NCBI GenBank assembly: GCA_015060455.1
Contig: SUYM01000009.1
Location: forward strand, 23,414 to 87,413
DNA length: 64,000 bases
Direction: 5' to 3'
Source: Bacteroidales bacterium
GTDB lineage: Bacteria > Bacteroidota > Bacteroidia > Bacteroidales > UBA932
Each line of letters opens with the position of its first letter. Position 1 is the first letter of the stretch. Of this stretch, positions 7,194 to 17,404 are shown piece by piece. The notes under the pieces were generated by a model. It searched no databases and was not told where the DNA came from. It was given only the letters and a program-made list of their open reading frames with translations. Position numbers and translations under genes: made by a program.

Positions 7194-9416
7194 TTAGTTC
7201 ATTATCTGGAAATATGTTCTTAATCCACTCTGAGAGTCTGTTCCGACAGTCAATGTATAGTTACCTGGTTCAACAGCCGGCACCATATCACGGTTATGGA
7301 AGGCAAGACGGCTCACAGGCACTTCAAACTCCACTTTACAACTTTCGCCGGCAGCGAGGGTGACTCTCTTGAAATCCTTAAGTTCCTTCAACGGCTGAGT
7401 CACAGATGCTGTCTTGCGACCGGTATATAACTGTACCACCTCTGTACCTTCACGGGAACCGGTATTCTTAAGCATAACCGATACTTTTATATTTCCGTCT
7501 GCTGTCACCTCCTTGTTTTCAATCACCAGATCTGAAACCTCAAATGTTGTATAACTGAGACCATAGCCAAAATGAAACAATGGAGAAGGAGCCACATCAA
7601 GGTATGATGATGTATGTCCCATTACAGACTGAGGAGCCTCGCGAGGGATATTATCAAGATTTCCTTCTGTACCCTTAGCCCTATGGCTTGTGTGCTTATG
7701 ATTGTAATATATAGGTATCTGACCCACATTACGAGGGAAGGTCACAGGCAACTTTCCTGACGGATTGACATGGCCGAAAATAATATTTGCGAGAGCCTTT
7801 CCGCCCATAGTTCCCGGATGCCATGCATATAGAATTGCATCAGAGATTTCTACCTGAGGCGCAATAGTCATAGGACGACCGGCCATGAACACTGTAACAA
7901 GGGGTGTTCCGACTGCTGCCAACTCTTCCAGCATCTGCCTCTGAGCGCCCTGAAGATCAAGCGACGAGAGAGAATGAGCCTCACCGGACATCATCTGCTC
8001 CTCACCGACAAAAGCGAGTACGACATCCGCCTTCCTTGCAGCCTTCGCCAATGCCTTGAACTCCGCTGTTGACTTATCACGCGGATGAGTAAGCGCCGGA
8101 ATATATTCTATCTCAACCTTATCCCCACAAAGTTCACGAAGAGCCATGATAGGGGTCACGGTATGTTTCTTGTCTCCATCCAATGCCCATGTTCCCATCT
8201 GATCATAAGGTGCGTCCGCCATTGGACCAGCAACCAGAATCCTGCGCACATTCTCACCAAGTGGCAGAACAGATTCATTCTTGAGCATTACTACGCTTTC
8301 TTCTGCAAGACGGCAGGCCGCATCAAGAACAGAATCCGAATAGATTTCGCTTTTCTCCACCTTTCTTGCATAAGGATTATCAAAAAGTCCGAGTTCAACC
8401 TTCAGTTTCAGAACCCTGCGCACAGCTGCGTCAAGTACTGCGACATCAACCTCACCCTTTTCGATGAGGTCTTTCATATGAAGGAGATATGACCTCGAAG
8501 ACATATCCATATCACATCCGGCCACGATGCACTGCTGCGCCGCATCGCGCTTGTCACGAGCCACACCATGCGGGATAAGTCCTGCCACCGAACCCCAGTC
8601 ACTTACAACAAGACCCTTGAATCGCCACTGGTCACGAAGGAGTTCAGTCAGAAGCCAACGGTTACCGGTAGATGGCAAACCATCGTTGTCATTGAAAGAT
8701 GTCATAATTGAAGCACAGCCGGCATCAACACATGCCTTGAATGGAGGAAGATAAACATCCCTCAGTGTACGTGGTGGAATAGAAGTCGTATTATAGTCAC
8801 GGCCACCTTCTGCATCGCCATACCCGACAAAGTGCTTGGCACATGCCGCCATGGACATGGGGTCAGTCAATGACTCACCTTGGTAGCCTTTTACCACTGC
8901 TACTGCAAGACGACCTGCCATATAGGTATCCTCTCCGAAACTCTCTGCAATTCTACCCCAACGGGCATCACGCGCGATATCCATCATAGGAGCGAAGGCC
9001 CAGCGGATTCCCTTTTCTGTCGCCTCGATTGCAGTGTTGCGTGCAGTTGTCTCAATAAGAGCATCATCCCATGAGGCTGCCATACCGAGGGGAATAGGAA
9101 GCACCGTATTGAATCCATGGACAACATCACGGGCGAACAGGATCGGAATTCCGGAAGGACTTTCTTCCACAGCAATACGCTGCAATTCATCAGTAACTGC
9201 CGGATCAACGATGTTCATGATAGAGCCGAGAGTGCCTTCACGCACCTCCTGCTTAACCTTTTCGATATCACGACGCCCGTCCATCTGATTCAGTTGACCG
9301 ATCTTGTCCTCTATGGTCATACGTCCTAAGATTTCCTCGACACGTTCATCCACTGTCTGCTGGGCAGACATAAGCAGAGGAAGGGCTATCAGCAAGGGTG
9401 TTATCAGTTTTTTCAT
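7194..9416 (-). CDS. GH3 beta-glucosidase (BglX-like, periplasmic)
   Basis: Signal peptide; RWGRIAESFGED, AKHFVGYG, VSDW nucleophile motif, FHFGYGLSYT, Fn3-like C-terminus with ELKDFKRV. Confidence 0.95.
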   Translation of the reverse strand: MKKLITPLLIALPLLMSAQQTVDERVEEILGRMTIEDKIGQLNQMDGRRDIEKVKQEVREGTLGSIMNIVDPAVTDELQRIAVEESPSGIPILFARDVVHGFNTVLPIPLGMAASWDDALIETTARNTAIEATEKGIRWAFAPMMDIARDARWGRIAESFGEDTYMAGRLAVAVVKGYQGESLTDPMSMAACAKHFVGYGDAEGGRDYNTTSIPPRTLRDVYLPPFKACVDAGCASIMTSFNDNDGLPSTGNRWLLTELLRDQWRFKGLVVSDWGSVAGLIPHGVARDKRDAAQQCIVAGCDMDMSSRSYLLHMKDLIEKGEVDVAVLDAAVRRVLKLKVELGLFDNPYARKVEKSEIYSDSVLDAACRLAEESVVMLKNESVLPLGENVRRILVAGPMADAPYDQMGTWALDGDKKHTVTPIMALRELCGDKVEIEYIPALTHPRDKSTAEFKALAKAARKADVVLAFVGEEQMMSGEAHSLSSLDLQGAQRQMLEELAAVGTPLVTVFMAGRPMTIAPQVEISDAILYAWHPGTMGGKALANIIFGHVNPSGKLPVTFPRNVGQIPIYYNHKHTSHRAKGTEGNLDNIPREAPQSVMGHTSSYLDVAPSPLFHFGYGLSYTTFEVSDLVIENKEVTADGNIKVSVMLKNTGSREGTEVVQLYTGRKTASVTQPLKELKDFKRVTLAAGESCKVEFEVPVSRLAFHNRDMVPAVEPGNYTLTVGTDSQSGLRTYFQIMN

Positions 9417-9434
9417 ATAAGTATTATTTTGATA

Positions 9435-11432
9435 TTATTTTTTCACGAAGAGAACTGCATCAGCACGCATTGCAGCATCTGCTTTAGCATTTGAAACCGT
9501 TATAGTCACAGGTATTCCCTGCTCAAATTCATATTCTCCAAGGAGAGCCCAAGCACCTGAGGTCTGACCGATGACATCGAGGTCATCACGATTATAGTCA
9601 ACCGCATATGACTTGTCACCCGATACTATTTCGAACGAGGTCACAGAAGTCAATTTCTTGTTGGCACTCTGGTAACTATATACAGCCCATTTCCCTGACG
9701 AAGGCACCGCATCCAATGTAAACGTCACCGACTTTGACTGATCTGTAAGAGGAAGTTCATAGAACGAAAGTCCATATCCACCTCTTCCTTTTGCTATCCA
9801 GCCCTCATCCACGACAACTCCTGCATCACAGTCATCAATGAGGATATCCGGTTGCGACCCGTCCATATACGGATCCTTCTCGATGATGGCATTGATCTCC
9901 CCGCTGTCAACCGACTGGACATCGCAACAATCCTGCACGTGAGCGAGAGCCGCTGCAACACCGGCTGACTGAGCCAGAACCATAAACACCGGCTCCATAC
10001 GGATAGAGCCATAGGCGATGTGGCTTGCAGACATACAAACCGGTACAAGGAGGTTTGTACACTGCTCTCTCTTCGGTGTGATCGAACGATATGAAACAGG
10101 ATATGGAAGACCACCTCCAATTTCTACATTACCCTCGTTCTTGACCATATATTTACCATCCTTGCAGACTACAACTCTCTGACAGTTATGAGAGTCCATC
10201 TGATATGCCGCCCAGCCGATTCCATCCTGAACGGATGTACGGCCTTCGCAATCAGCCTGAGTCGCAACATACTCGCCTACAAGTCTCCTTGACTCCCGGA
10301 CATAAAGTTGAGGTGTCCAATGGCCATATTTGACATATTCATCCTTAGGATAACCCCAAAGAAGCATTCTCTTGCGAAGGATTTCCGGAACTCTCTCATC
10401 ATGACCAAAGAAATAAAGAAGGCCCTTGGTATAATCTGTGTGAGCATCAATTATCTGCTGACGTTCCTCATATGAAGCCTCAGGATAATTGTGGTTCATT
10501 CCTATCATATCAGTAGAGAAGCCGCCGCGATTGTTGATATCGGTCTTTCCGTTCGGCATACGGCTCCAGATGAAATAGTCATTCAGGAATTCCTTTTCCG
10601 GCTGGACCTCCATCAGACGCAGAAGGAGTTCGTAGCGTGTAGAGTCATAATTTGCCGGACGGGTGACAGGAATCATATTCTCAGGGTCGTCAGTCAGACA
10701 GATACGGTAGTTATACGCCTGTACCATATTATCTGCTGTACCATCCTGAGCAACCTGCGCAGGTGAAATACCCCAGAGAAGGCCGCTTTCCGGATTTCCT
10801 TTCTCCTTGTATGGGTCAATACCGTCAGGGAACTGATGACGGTCCATCAGTTCAACTCCATTATAAGTCTCGCCATACTGCTCATTAGCCTCACGTCCTA
10901 CTGTGTATTCCACACCTGAGCGAGCCATAAGGTCACCTTCGTATGAACAATCTATGAAATAATCCGCCTTGACAGTTTTTGTACGTGATGGATTCTTGGA
11001 GTCCTCCACAATGATACCCTTAATACGCGTACCATCCATAGTGCACTCACGAATCCTAAGATTCTCCATAAGAGCGATATTGTCATGCTCAAGATATGCA
11101 CGCATTATGGAATCTGCTACAGACGGTTCAAAAGTCCACTGTTCCAGACGTCCGTAATGTTCTCCGACCTTGCGATAGAACTGTTTGGCAAGTCCGGCAA
11201 TCACTTGTTTATTGCCGATATCCGTTAAACCGAGACCTCCGCTGGTCATGCCGCCTATATGCTCCGTAGGCTCTACAAGAACAACATCGAGTCCGCGTTG
11301 TGCCGCCGAATATGCCGCGATAACTCCCGCTGACGTACCGCCATAGATGCAGACATCATATTTTGCAGGCATGTTGCAGGCGCCCAATGCGAGGGCGACT
11401 GCAACAAATGTAAATATCTTAGACAGTTTCAT
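9435..11432 (-). CDS. FAD-dependent oxidoreductase lipoprotein with a C-terminal golvesin/xanthan-lyase-type beta domain
   Basis: Lipobox LGAC; YGGTSAGV Rossmann motif, DCSYEGDL, YVRESRR, SASHIAYGSIRMEP; C-terminal ADAVLF. Confidence 0.85.
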   Translation of the reverse strand: MKLSKIFTFVAVALALGACNMPAKYDVCIYGGTSAGVIAAYSAAQRGLDVVLVEPTEHIGGMTSGGLGLTDIGNKQVIAGLAKQFYRKVGEHYGRLEQWTFEPSVADSIMRAYLEHDNIALMENLRIRECTMDGTRIKGIIVEDSKNPSRTKTVKADYFIDCSYEGDLMARSGVEYTVGREANEQYGETYNGVELMDRHQFPDGIDPYKEKGNPESGLLWGISPAQVAQDGTADNMVQAYNYRICLTDDPENMIPVTRPANYDSTRYELLLRLMEVQPEKEFLNDYFIWSRMPNGKTDINNRGGFSTDMIGMNHNYPEASYEERQQIIDAHTDYTKGLLYFFGHDERVPEILRKRMLLWGYPKDEYVKYGHWTPQLYVRESRRLVGEYVATQADCEGRTSVQDGIGWAAYQMDSHNCQRVVVCKDGKYMVKNEGNVEIGGGLPYPVSYRSITPKREQCTNLLVPVCMSASHIAYGSIRMEPVFMVLAQSAGVAAALAHVQDCCDVQSVDSGEINAIIEKDPYMDGSQPDILIDDCDAGVVVDEGWIAKGRGGYGLSFYELPLTDQSKSVTFTLDAVPSSGKWAVYSYQSANKKLTSVTSFEIVSGDKSYAVDYNRDDLDVIGQTSGAWALLGEYEFEQGIPVTITVSNAKADAAMRADAVLFVKK

Positions 11433-11434
11433 AA

Positions 11435-12757
11435 CTATAATACTTCCATGAGTTTAATGTTATCGATACGAACGTGCTCTGTACCTCCGTTTTCTGTGAA
11501 CTTCAGCGAAATAGTCTCCGCAGTCTGAGGCAAGGTGAATTTCTGCTCGTGAGTCTTCGCTACTGCAGATGTGGCGATTATTTCCGTCCATGTCGTTCCT
11601 CCGTCAAGAGAATAGTCAACCTTTATCTTACCGTTCGGAGTAGACTGAGTATAGGTCAGTTTCAACGAGGTCGCGTCATGGAGCTTGATACCATCAACCC
11701 TGAACCAGCCGCCTTTAGCCTTTCTGTACCAGAGATATGCTCCGGTGATTTCTGTCCATCTTGAATCCTTATACTTAGAAAGACATACATCCACACCGTC
11801 TGAAGAGTATTTTATATTTGACAGATCATTATCATAAACCGCACAGCCTTCCATTGCGCCCACAACCTGTACCTCTTCTCCAGTTGCACTGTCTACTGTT
11901 GTCAATGTGTTGTATCTGACGATATTAGCCGGTGCAAACTCTGTCTTTACATAAGTTGTAACATTACCTTCGACAGTATCGTAATCTGTCGTACCATTGA
12001 TAGACATTGACGTATCAAAGATCTCACTATAAAGTGCCTTAACCACTATATCAGCCTTAAGTACATTTACTGTATAATATGCCTCGGCAAGATTACCCTT
12101 GACATCTGTAGCGACAAAATGGAATACGACATCCTTGCCTATATCCTCTGTTACAGGAACATATTCGAACTGATGAGTGTAGAGTTTTTCTGTCGCAGTG
12201 AAATCATCCTTGGAGCAGATCTGTTCATCACCCTTTGTCACAACAAATGATTTGAGGACATTTGTGCCCGAAACAGAGACTGCGAAAGCAATATTTTCAT
12301 TACTGTAAATCCTGGAAGGAACACCATCCGGAATACTTACGATGAACTCGCCCTCGTTTGCAGTAACCCACAACGGATAATCGACACTCTGCTTATAGCC
12401 GTCAACACCAGTCGCTGTGAAAACAAAATCAAGAGTCTGTCCGAACTGAGCGCCCTGAACAACATATGCGAATTCATATACGACCTCAACAGGAGCACCT
12501 TCCCAAGACATTTCAGAACCTTCAATCACTTTTCCGTCAAGGCTTGCAACTGCAGAAGCCAATCCTTTCGCGTATTCTATCTTCAATGTATAATATACCT
12601 CTTCTTCAGGCGCAGCCACCACAGGCTCGTCACCTTCGAAGGTAAACGACATCAAGTCAGAAGGATTCCTCAGGCCGCCACCGGTCTCATCGGAATCACA
12701 GGCAGTAACAGACATAACTGCCAGCAGTGCCATTATCAGGAATTTATATCTATCCAT
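11435..12757 (-). CDS. Surface lipoprotein, putative glycan-binding (SGBP-like; Ig-like repeats plus a C-terminal beta-sandwich)
   Basis: Lipobox VTAC; beta-rich; lies in the PUL; C-terminal domain homologous to that of 5523..6983. Confidence 0.65.
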   Translation of the reverse strand: MDRYKFLIMALLAVMSVTACDSDETGGGLRNPSDLMSFTFEGDEPVVAAPEEEVYYTLKIEYAKGLASAVASLDGKVIEGSEMSWEGAPVEVVYEFAYVVQGAQFGQTLDFVFTATGVDGYKQSVDYPLWVTANEGEFIVSIPDGVPSRIYSNENIAFAVSVSGTNVLKSFVVTKGDEQICSKDDFTATEKLYTHQFEYVPVTEDIGKDVVFHFVATDVKGNLAEAYYTVNVLKADIVVKALYSEIFDTSMSINGTTDYDTVEGNVTTYVKTEFAPANIVRYNTLTTVDSATGEEVQVVGAMEGCAVYDNDLSNIKYSSDGVDVCLSKYKDSRWTEITGAYLWYRKAKGGWFRVDGIKLHDATSLKLTYTQSTPNGKIKVDYSLDGGTTWTEIIATSAVAKTHEQKFTLPQTAETISLKFTENGGTEHVRIDNIKLMEVL

Positions 12758-12767
12758 AATAGTCTTC

Positions 12768-14142
12768 TTAATTTTCTTTTACAAGGAATGGAATACAAGC
12801 CATGGCCACCTTATGATTAACTTCGTCAGTAGCAAACACATAGAGGCGATATCCACCTTTTACTGATGGAGCCTTGAATGTAATCTCTGCCTTTGTAGGA
12901 TCCGTTATAAGACCTTCGATACCATCAGGCATGCTTCCATCCTCCAAGGCCTCGCCTTCCTTATTTATAAGCCATCGATAAGTAAGTGGATGTCCACCAG
13001 GGGAAGTCGCTTCCACAGACGCGACATTATCTGTCGAATTAAGGACAATAGAGACTCCTTCTCCGGATGTTTTACCATTCAGAGTCATCTTTGAACGGTT
13101 TTCAATACGAGGGGCCTGCTTATCTTGCGGAACAGGCACTCCTGTCCAGCACTCTGTTATTTCATCCACTCCACCAAAGGTATTTTTCTGCTTGTCAAAA
13201 AGTCCATACCAGGAAAGAACCGCTCCATGAGTCTGATATCCCCAAAGGAAGATAAATGAGCCCACACAGCCCGATGATGCCTTAGGCTTGATATCCTCTC
13301 TCCATATCTTTGAATATATCTCAGCCTTTTCGGTTGAGGTCATTTCCTCCAGGCACCCCCCATGGAAGTTCCTTAGGATCTGTACTTGCACTCAAAGCCC
13401 ATGTACCACGTGGACCATATTCCGTAATCATCCAAGGCTTATCCCAAGCGGCAGAAGCAAGACTTGAGGACACACCGCCGACATTAGGATAATACATATT
13501 GACTGAGAGCATATCAACACTTGGAGCCTTACTCATGAGCACCTTGACCTTATCATCCGCATCAGAGTTTGAAAATGCAATTGTTGTAGGATGATTCGGA
13601 TCTTCCTGATGAATCATCGCTGCAATTTCCTCAACATACTTGAAATACACCTCATTATTTGCCTTGGTACCCTCTGCCTCATTACCGATTGACCAGCAGA
13701 AGACAGCAGGGTGATTGCGATAACGTCTCACCCACATGCGATGATTTTCAAACTGTTCTGCGATGACTGCCGCATTAGCTTCGCTGGAATAATCAAAGTC
13801 GTCACAGTCCTTCATGAACAGACCCATGTTTACATAGAGACCGTTTGCCAATGCCTCATTGAGGACATCTACCGTCGTTTCATTAACAGAATATGTTCTC
13901 ACCATATTACCTCCCCAATCATCCACAAGACCATAAAAATTGTTTGTGGCAGCACCGTTTACATAAAACGGCTCAGAACCCTTATACAACTTCCACACAC
14001 CGTTCTCCTTCTTAGTGGTAAATTTTGTCGGATACTGTTCAGGAATACTTCCAGGAGGTATTATTGTCTTCCTTTGTTTTTCACATCCTATGACAGAACA
14101 GGTCAGCATCAGCACTGCCATGGCACACAATAGTTTTCTCAT
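12768..14142 (-). pseudogene. Clan GH-A glycoside hydrolase lipoprotein (GH2-TIM/GH158-like), split by a +1 frameshift in a G6 run
   Basis: ORF 13321..14142 has lipobox IGC, WSIGNE and TEYGPRG. ORF 12768..13391 continues with CLEEMTSTEKA...GSFIFLWG...WYGLF and an Ig-like tail. Removing one C from 13356-13361 gives a single 457-aa frame. Confidence 0.8.
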
Positions 14143-14143
14143 A

Positions 14144-15787
14144 TTATCTGTTCACTTTAGTTGTATGTTGTACTTTCTTGTTTGAAGGAGTAAGGAACTG
14201 TCCCAATTGCTCCAATGTGTTGCGCAGAGTCGGATAATCTATATCCTGAACAGGTCTTTTACTGTCTATGGCCTGAACAACTGCAACCGCTGCCGACTGA
14301 CCCAGAATCATATATGTCGGCTCCATTCTGATAGTGGTGTAAGCGACATGGGAAGCAGAAAGGCACACAGGAACCAAAAGATTGGTACATTCCTGGCGCT
14401 TTGGCGTAAGCGAATAATAATCAATAGCGTAAGGTTTAGTACTTGTAAAGATTCCACCCTCCACTATCACGCCTCCGTCACCTGCAACGTATGATACGAA
14501 ATGACAGTCCATCATATAGGTGCCGATGCCGACAGAATGTTCTACTGGCAGGCGCTCCGCCTTATGTACATGGTGCTGGGTCATAACCTTCTCGCCGATC
14601 ATACGTCTTGCTTCCCGCACATATATCTGATATGGGAAGCCTCCGTTTTCAACAAACTCATCTTTCGGCCATCCCCAACGGAGCATCTCTGCCCTGACAG
14701 GCTCAGGGACGCGCTCATCATGTCCAAGACACCATAGCATTCCGACAGCATAATCCTTATGCTCCTGCTCCATGCGCGCCCGCACCTCATAATCACCTGC
14801 CACATAATCGAAACTGGCACCGAAAAAGTCAAGATGATTGGTGTCGGTCTTGCGGTTAGGCATCGGGGTGAAGGTAATGATGTCCTTCAACTGAAGACCT
14901 TCCTCCATCTGAAAACGACGGATCACAATCTCATATAGGGCCGGATTGTAGTTCTCAGGTTTAGAAATCGGAATCATGTTTTCCGGATCGTCAGTCAGGG
15001 TCACGCGGTAGCAGTAGGCCTGAGTACGACCGTCCGCGCTACCGACCTCGCCATACATCTGAGGTGCGACATAAGGAATAAGTTCTCCATCCTTGCCATT
15101 CAGATATGGGGAAGTGGGGATAAACTTGAACTTGCGTATGCCTGCCATATCCTCCCCATACTGATCGACGCCCTCACGTCCGATAATGTAAGAGACGCCT
15201 GCCGATGCCATAAGATCACCTTCATAAGAGCAGTCGATGAACATTTTAGCCTTTACCTGAGTTCCGTCAAGCAGATTGATTCTTGTAATGACTCCTTTAC
15301 GGACAGACGCACCGTTCTTCAAATCAAGAGGTGCATTGTATATTACCTTTACACCGGCCTCGGAAAGCATGTCCTTCATAATTTGCTCTGCAACCCCGGA
15401 CTCATATACCCACTGAATCTGACGAGCGTCATTTTTTCCGGTAAAGGTTCTCTTTCTGCTGGAAAGCATGAACTCCTCGCGGGTCTGATTGCGCCAGACC
15501 TCAGGCTGAATATAGTAATCCCAGATACGCCCATAAAATTCCGCGGCCAATCCTCCGACCTGATCCTGACGATTGATGTCAGTTGCAGTCAATCCGGAAG
15601 TAGCCATACCGCCGACATGATTGTTCTTGGAAACAAGGACTGTATTCTTACCCAGTCGGGCAGCCTGTATTGCAGCCATGACGCCGGCTGCACTTTCACC
15701 ATAAACACAAACATCAGCCTTGACAACCGCGGCTTGCGCAGAGAGGGAGACGACAAGGGAAATAAAAAACACTGATAATTTCTTCAT
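14144..15787 (-). CDS. Exported FAD-dependent oxidoreductase (FAD_oxidored family)
   Basis: Signal peptide AQA; YGESAAGV, GGMATSGL, DCSYEGDL, YVREARR, SASHVAY..IRMEP; paralogue of 9435..11432. Confidence 0.88.
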   Translation of the reverse strand: MKKLSVFFISLVVSLSAQAAVVKADVCVYGESAAGVMAAIQAARLGKNTVLVSKNNHVGGMATSGLTATDINRQDQVGGLAAEFYGRIWDYYIQPEVWRNQTREEFMLSSRKRTFTGKNDARQIQWVYESGVAEQIMKDMLSEAGVKVIYNAPLDLKNGASVRKGVITRINLLDGTQVKAKMFIDCSYEGDLMASAGVSYIIGREGVDQYGEDMAGIRKFKFIPTSPYLNGKDGELIPYVAPQMYGEVGSADGRTQAYCYRVTLTDDPENMIPISKPENYNPALYEIVIRRFQMEEGLQLKDIITFTPMPNRKTDTNHLDFFGASFDYVAGDYEVRARMEQEHKDYAVGMLWCLGHDERVPEPVRAEMLRWGWPKDEFVENGGFPYQIYVREARRMIGEKVMTQHHVHKAERLPVEHSVGIGTYMMDCHFVSYVAGDGGVIVEGGIFTSTKPYAIDYYSLTPKRQECTNLLVPVCLSASHVAYTTIRMEPTYMILGQSAAVAVVQAIDSKRPVQDIDYPTLRNTLEQLGQFLTPSNKKVQHTTKVNR

Positions 15788-15800
15788 ATGTAATTCATTT

Positions 15801-17390
15801 TTAATATCCTACATTCTGCGGAAAGTTCTCCGCTCCCATATTGATAATTTCTTCCTCCGGAATAGGCCAGCGGACGAAATGCGGGTTCGCCGGAAGATTT
15901 GTCCGTCCCAACAATGACTCCGGCAAACCTTCGTGGCCGGCGTTCTTCTTAACATTTTCAATAAGAAGTCCGAGTCTTTTAAGGAAATACCACCTGTCAT
16001 TTTCAAAGCACATTTCTCTGGCTTCCTCATCGATGATATCCTGAAGTTTAAGAGTTCCGGTAAATGCTGCATTGCCGGCTCTCTGCCATGTCTTATTGAA
16101 ATAATATTTGGCCTTAGTCTGATCGCCAAGTCTGAGAGCCGCCTCTGCGCCCATGATATATACATCAGCAAGACGATAAAGTATGATATCCTTATAACCT
16201 CTTGATGCGAACAACTCGCGAGTCAATATATCACCGTGCTTAGTACATCCTGGAAGATTGTCCTTATCATAAGAGCCACTCTTTGTAGCAGGGAAATATT
16301 CACCAGGCTTGACAGTCACATTTCCATAGATGACATTCTTTTCTGAAGTATTCTTGTACTGATGAACGAACCAGTCATTGTATCTCTTATCCTTTGATTT
16401 GTCGTACAAGGAAAACAGATATGGATTGGGCAGACAGCGTCCGTATGTATAACCCCAATTCTCTTTTGAACAACTCTCCTCATCGGTTCCACCAATGACA
16501 CCGCGCGAGCGTGCAATGAACAAGGTAGCGAACTGATGTCCCTTCGGACTCTTCAAATCAAGATTTCCACCTGGATTCTCACTCCATTGCTGAACAAGCA
16601 AGGCCTCGGAATGATTCAGATCGCTTTTTTCAAAAACCTCCTTAGGGGTCTTCATCAATGAATAAGGTGACTCTTCAAATGCATCAGCCATATCAAGAGC
16701 GGTCTTCCAGTCCTTTTTCCACAAAGCCACCTTCGCAAGAATGGCACGTGCGGCCGCCTGATTGAATCTTCCTGTCATGGATGCTGTCCAATCAAGGTTG
16801 TCAATCGCATAATTCAAATCTGAATAAAGCAGATCAAAGACCTCGGTCGGAGTCGCAGGGCGATATTCTCTTGGCTCATTTACATTCAGATAGGTAACAG
16901 GTTCGGTATTAAGCCAGATACGGTCATATGTACGGAAAAGCAGGAAATATGATTGCGCCCTGAATGCCTTCGCTTCTGCGAGAAGTTGCTTCAATGTCGC
17001 TGTCTGTTCCATTTTTTCAGCGGCTGCAATTATCTCGTTGCAACGTCCGATAATCTGATACATCCTGCTCCACATCCTGCTCACCTGACCAGCAGATGGT
17101 TTAAGATGGTTTGGATCATATATGCCATAGAAATTACCAGTTCCGCCATTGGTTGTGACTATATCTGTTCCACGTTCCACAGCCCATGTAGTATTACTCT
17201 CCTGATCATCACCAAGATAGTTACGATGAAGAACATACAAGGCTGATACAGCCAGATTGAGTCCACCTTCAGAACTGAATATATAGTCCTGTGAGTATTG
17301 AGTCTTATTCTCTTCCTTAAGGAAGTCTGTACATGAGGCAAGAACTGCGACAAGAACCAGTAGCACTGCTGTGTGTTTTCTCATAATCAT
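15801..17390 (-). CDS. SusD/RagB family lipoprotein
   Basis: Lipobox LASC; EAKAFRAQSYFLL, YRLADVY, EEAREMCFENDRW, WPIP; follows SusC. Confidence 0.93.
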   Translation of the reverse strand: MIMRKHTAVLLVLVAVLASCTDFLKEENKTQYSQDYIFSSEGGLNLAVSALYVLHRNYLGDDQESNTTWAVERGTDIVTTNGGTGNFYGIYDPNHLKPSAGQVSRMWSRMYQIIGRCNEIIAAAEKMEQTATLKQLLAEAKAFRAQSYFLLFRTYDRIWLNTEPVTYLNVNEPREYRPATPTEVFDLLYSDLNYAIDNLDWTASMTGRFNQAAARAILAKVALWKKDWKTALDMADAFEESPYSLMKTPKEVFEKSDLNHSEALLVQQWSENPGGNLDLKSPKGHQFATLFIARSRGVIGGTDEESCSKENWGYTYGRCLPNPYLFSLYDKSKDKRYNDWFVHQYKNTSEKNVIYGNVTVKPGEYFPATKSGSYDKDNLPGCTKHGDILTRELFASRGYKDIILYRLADVYIMGAEAALRLGDQTKAKYYFNKTWQRAGNAAFTGTLKLQDIIDEEAREMCFENDRWYFLKRLGLLIENVKKNAGHEGLPESLLGRTNLPANPHFVRWPIPEEEIINMGAENFPQNVGY

Positions 17391-17404
17391 ATCCTCCTTA
17401 AAGA

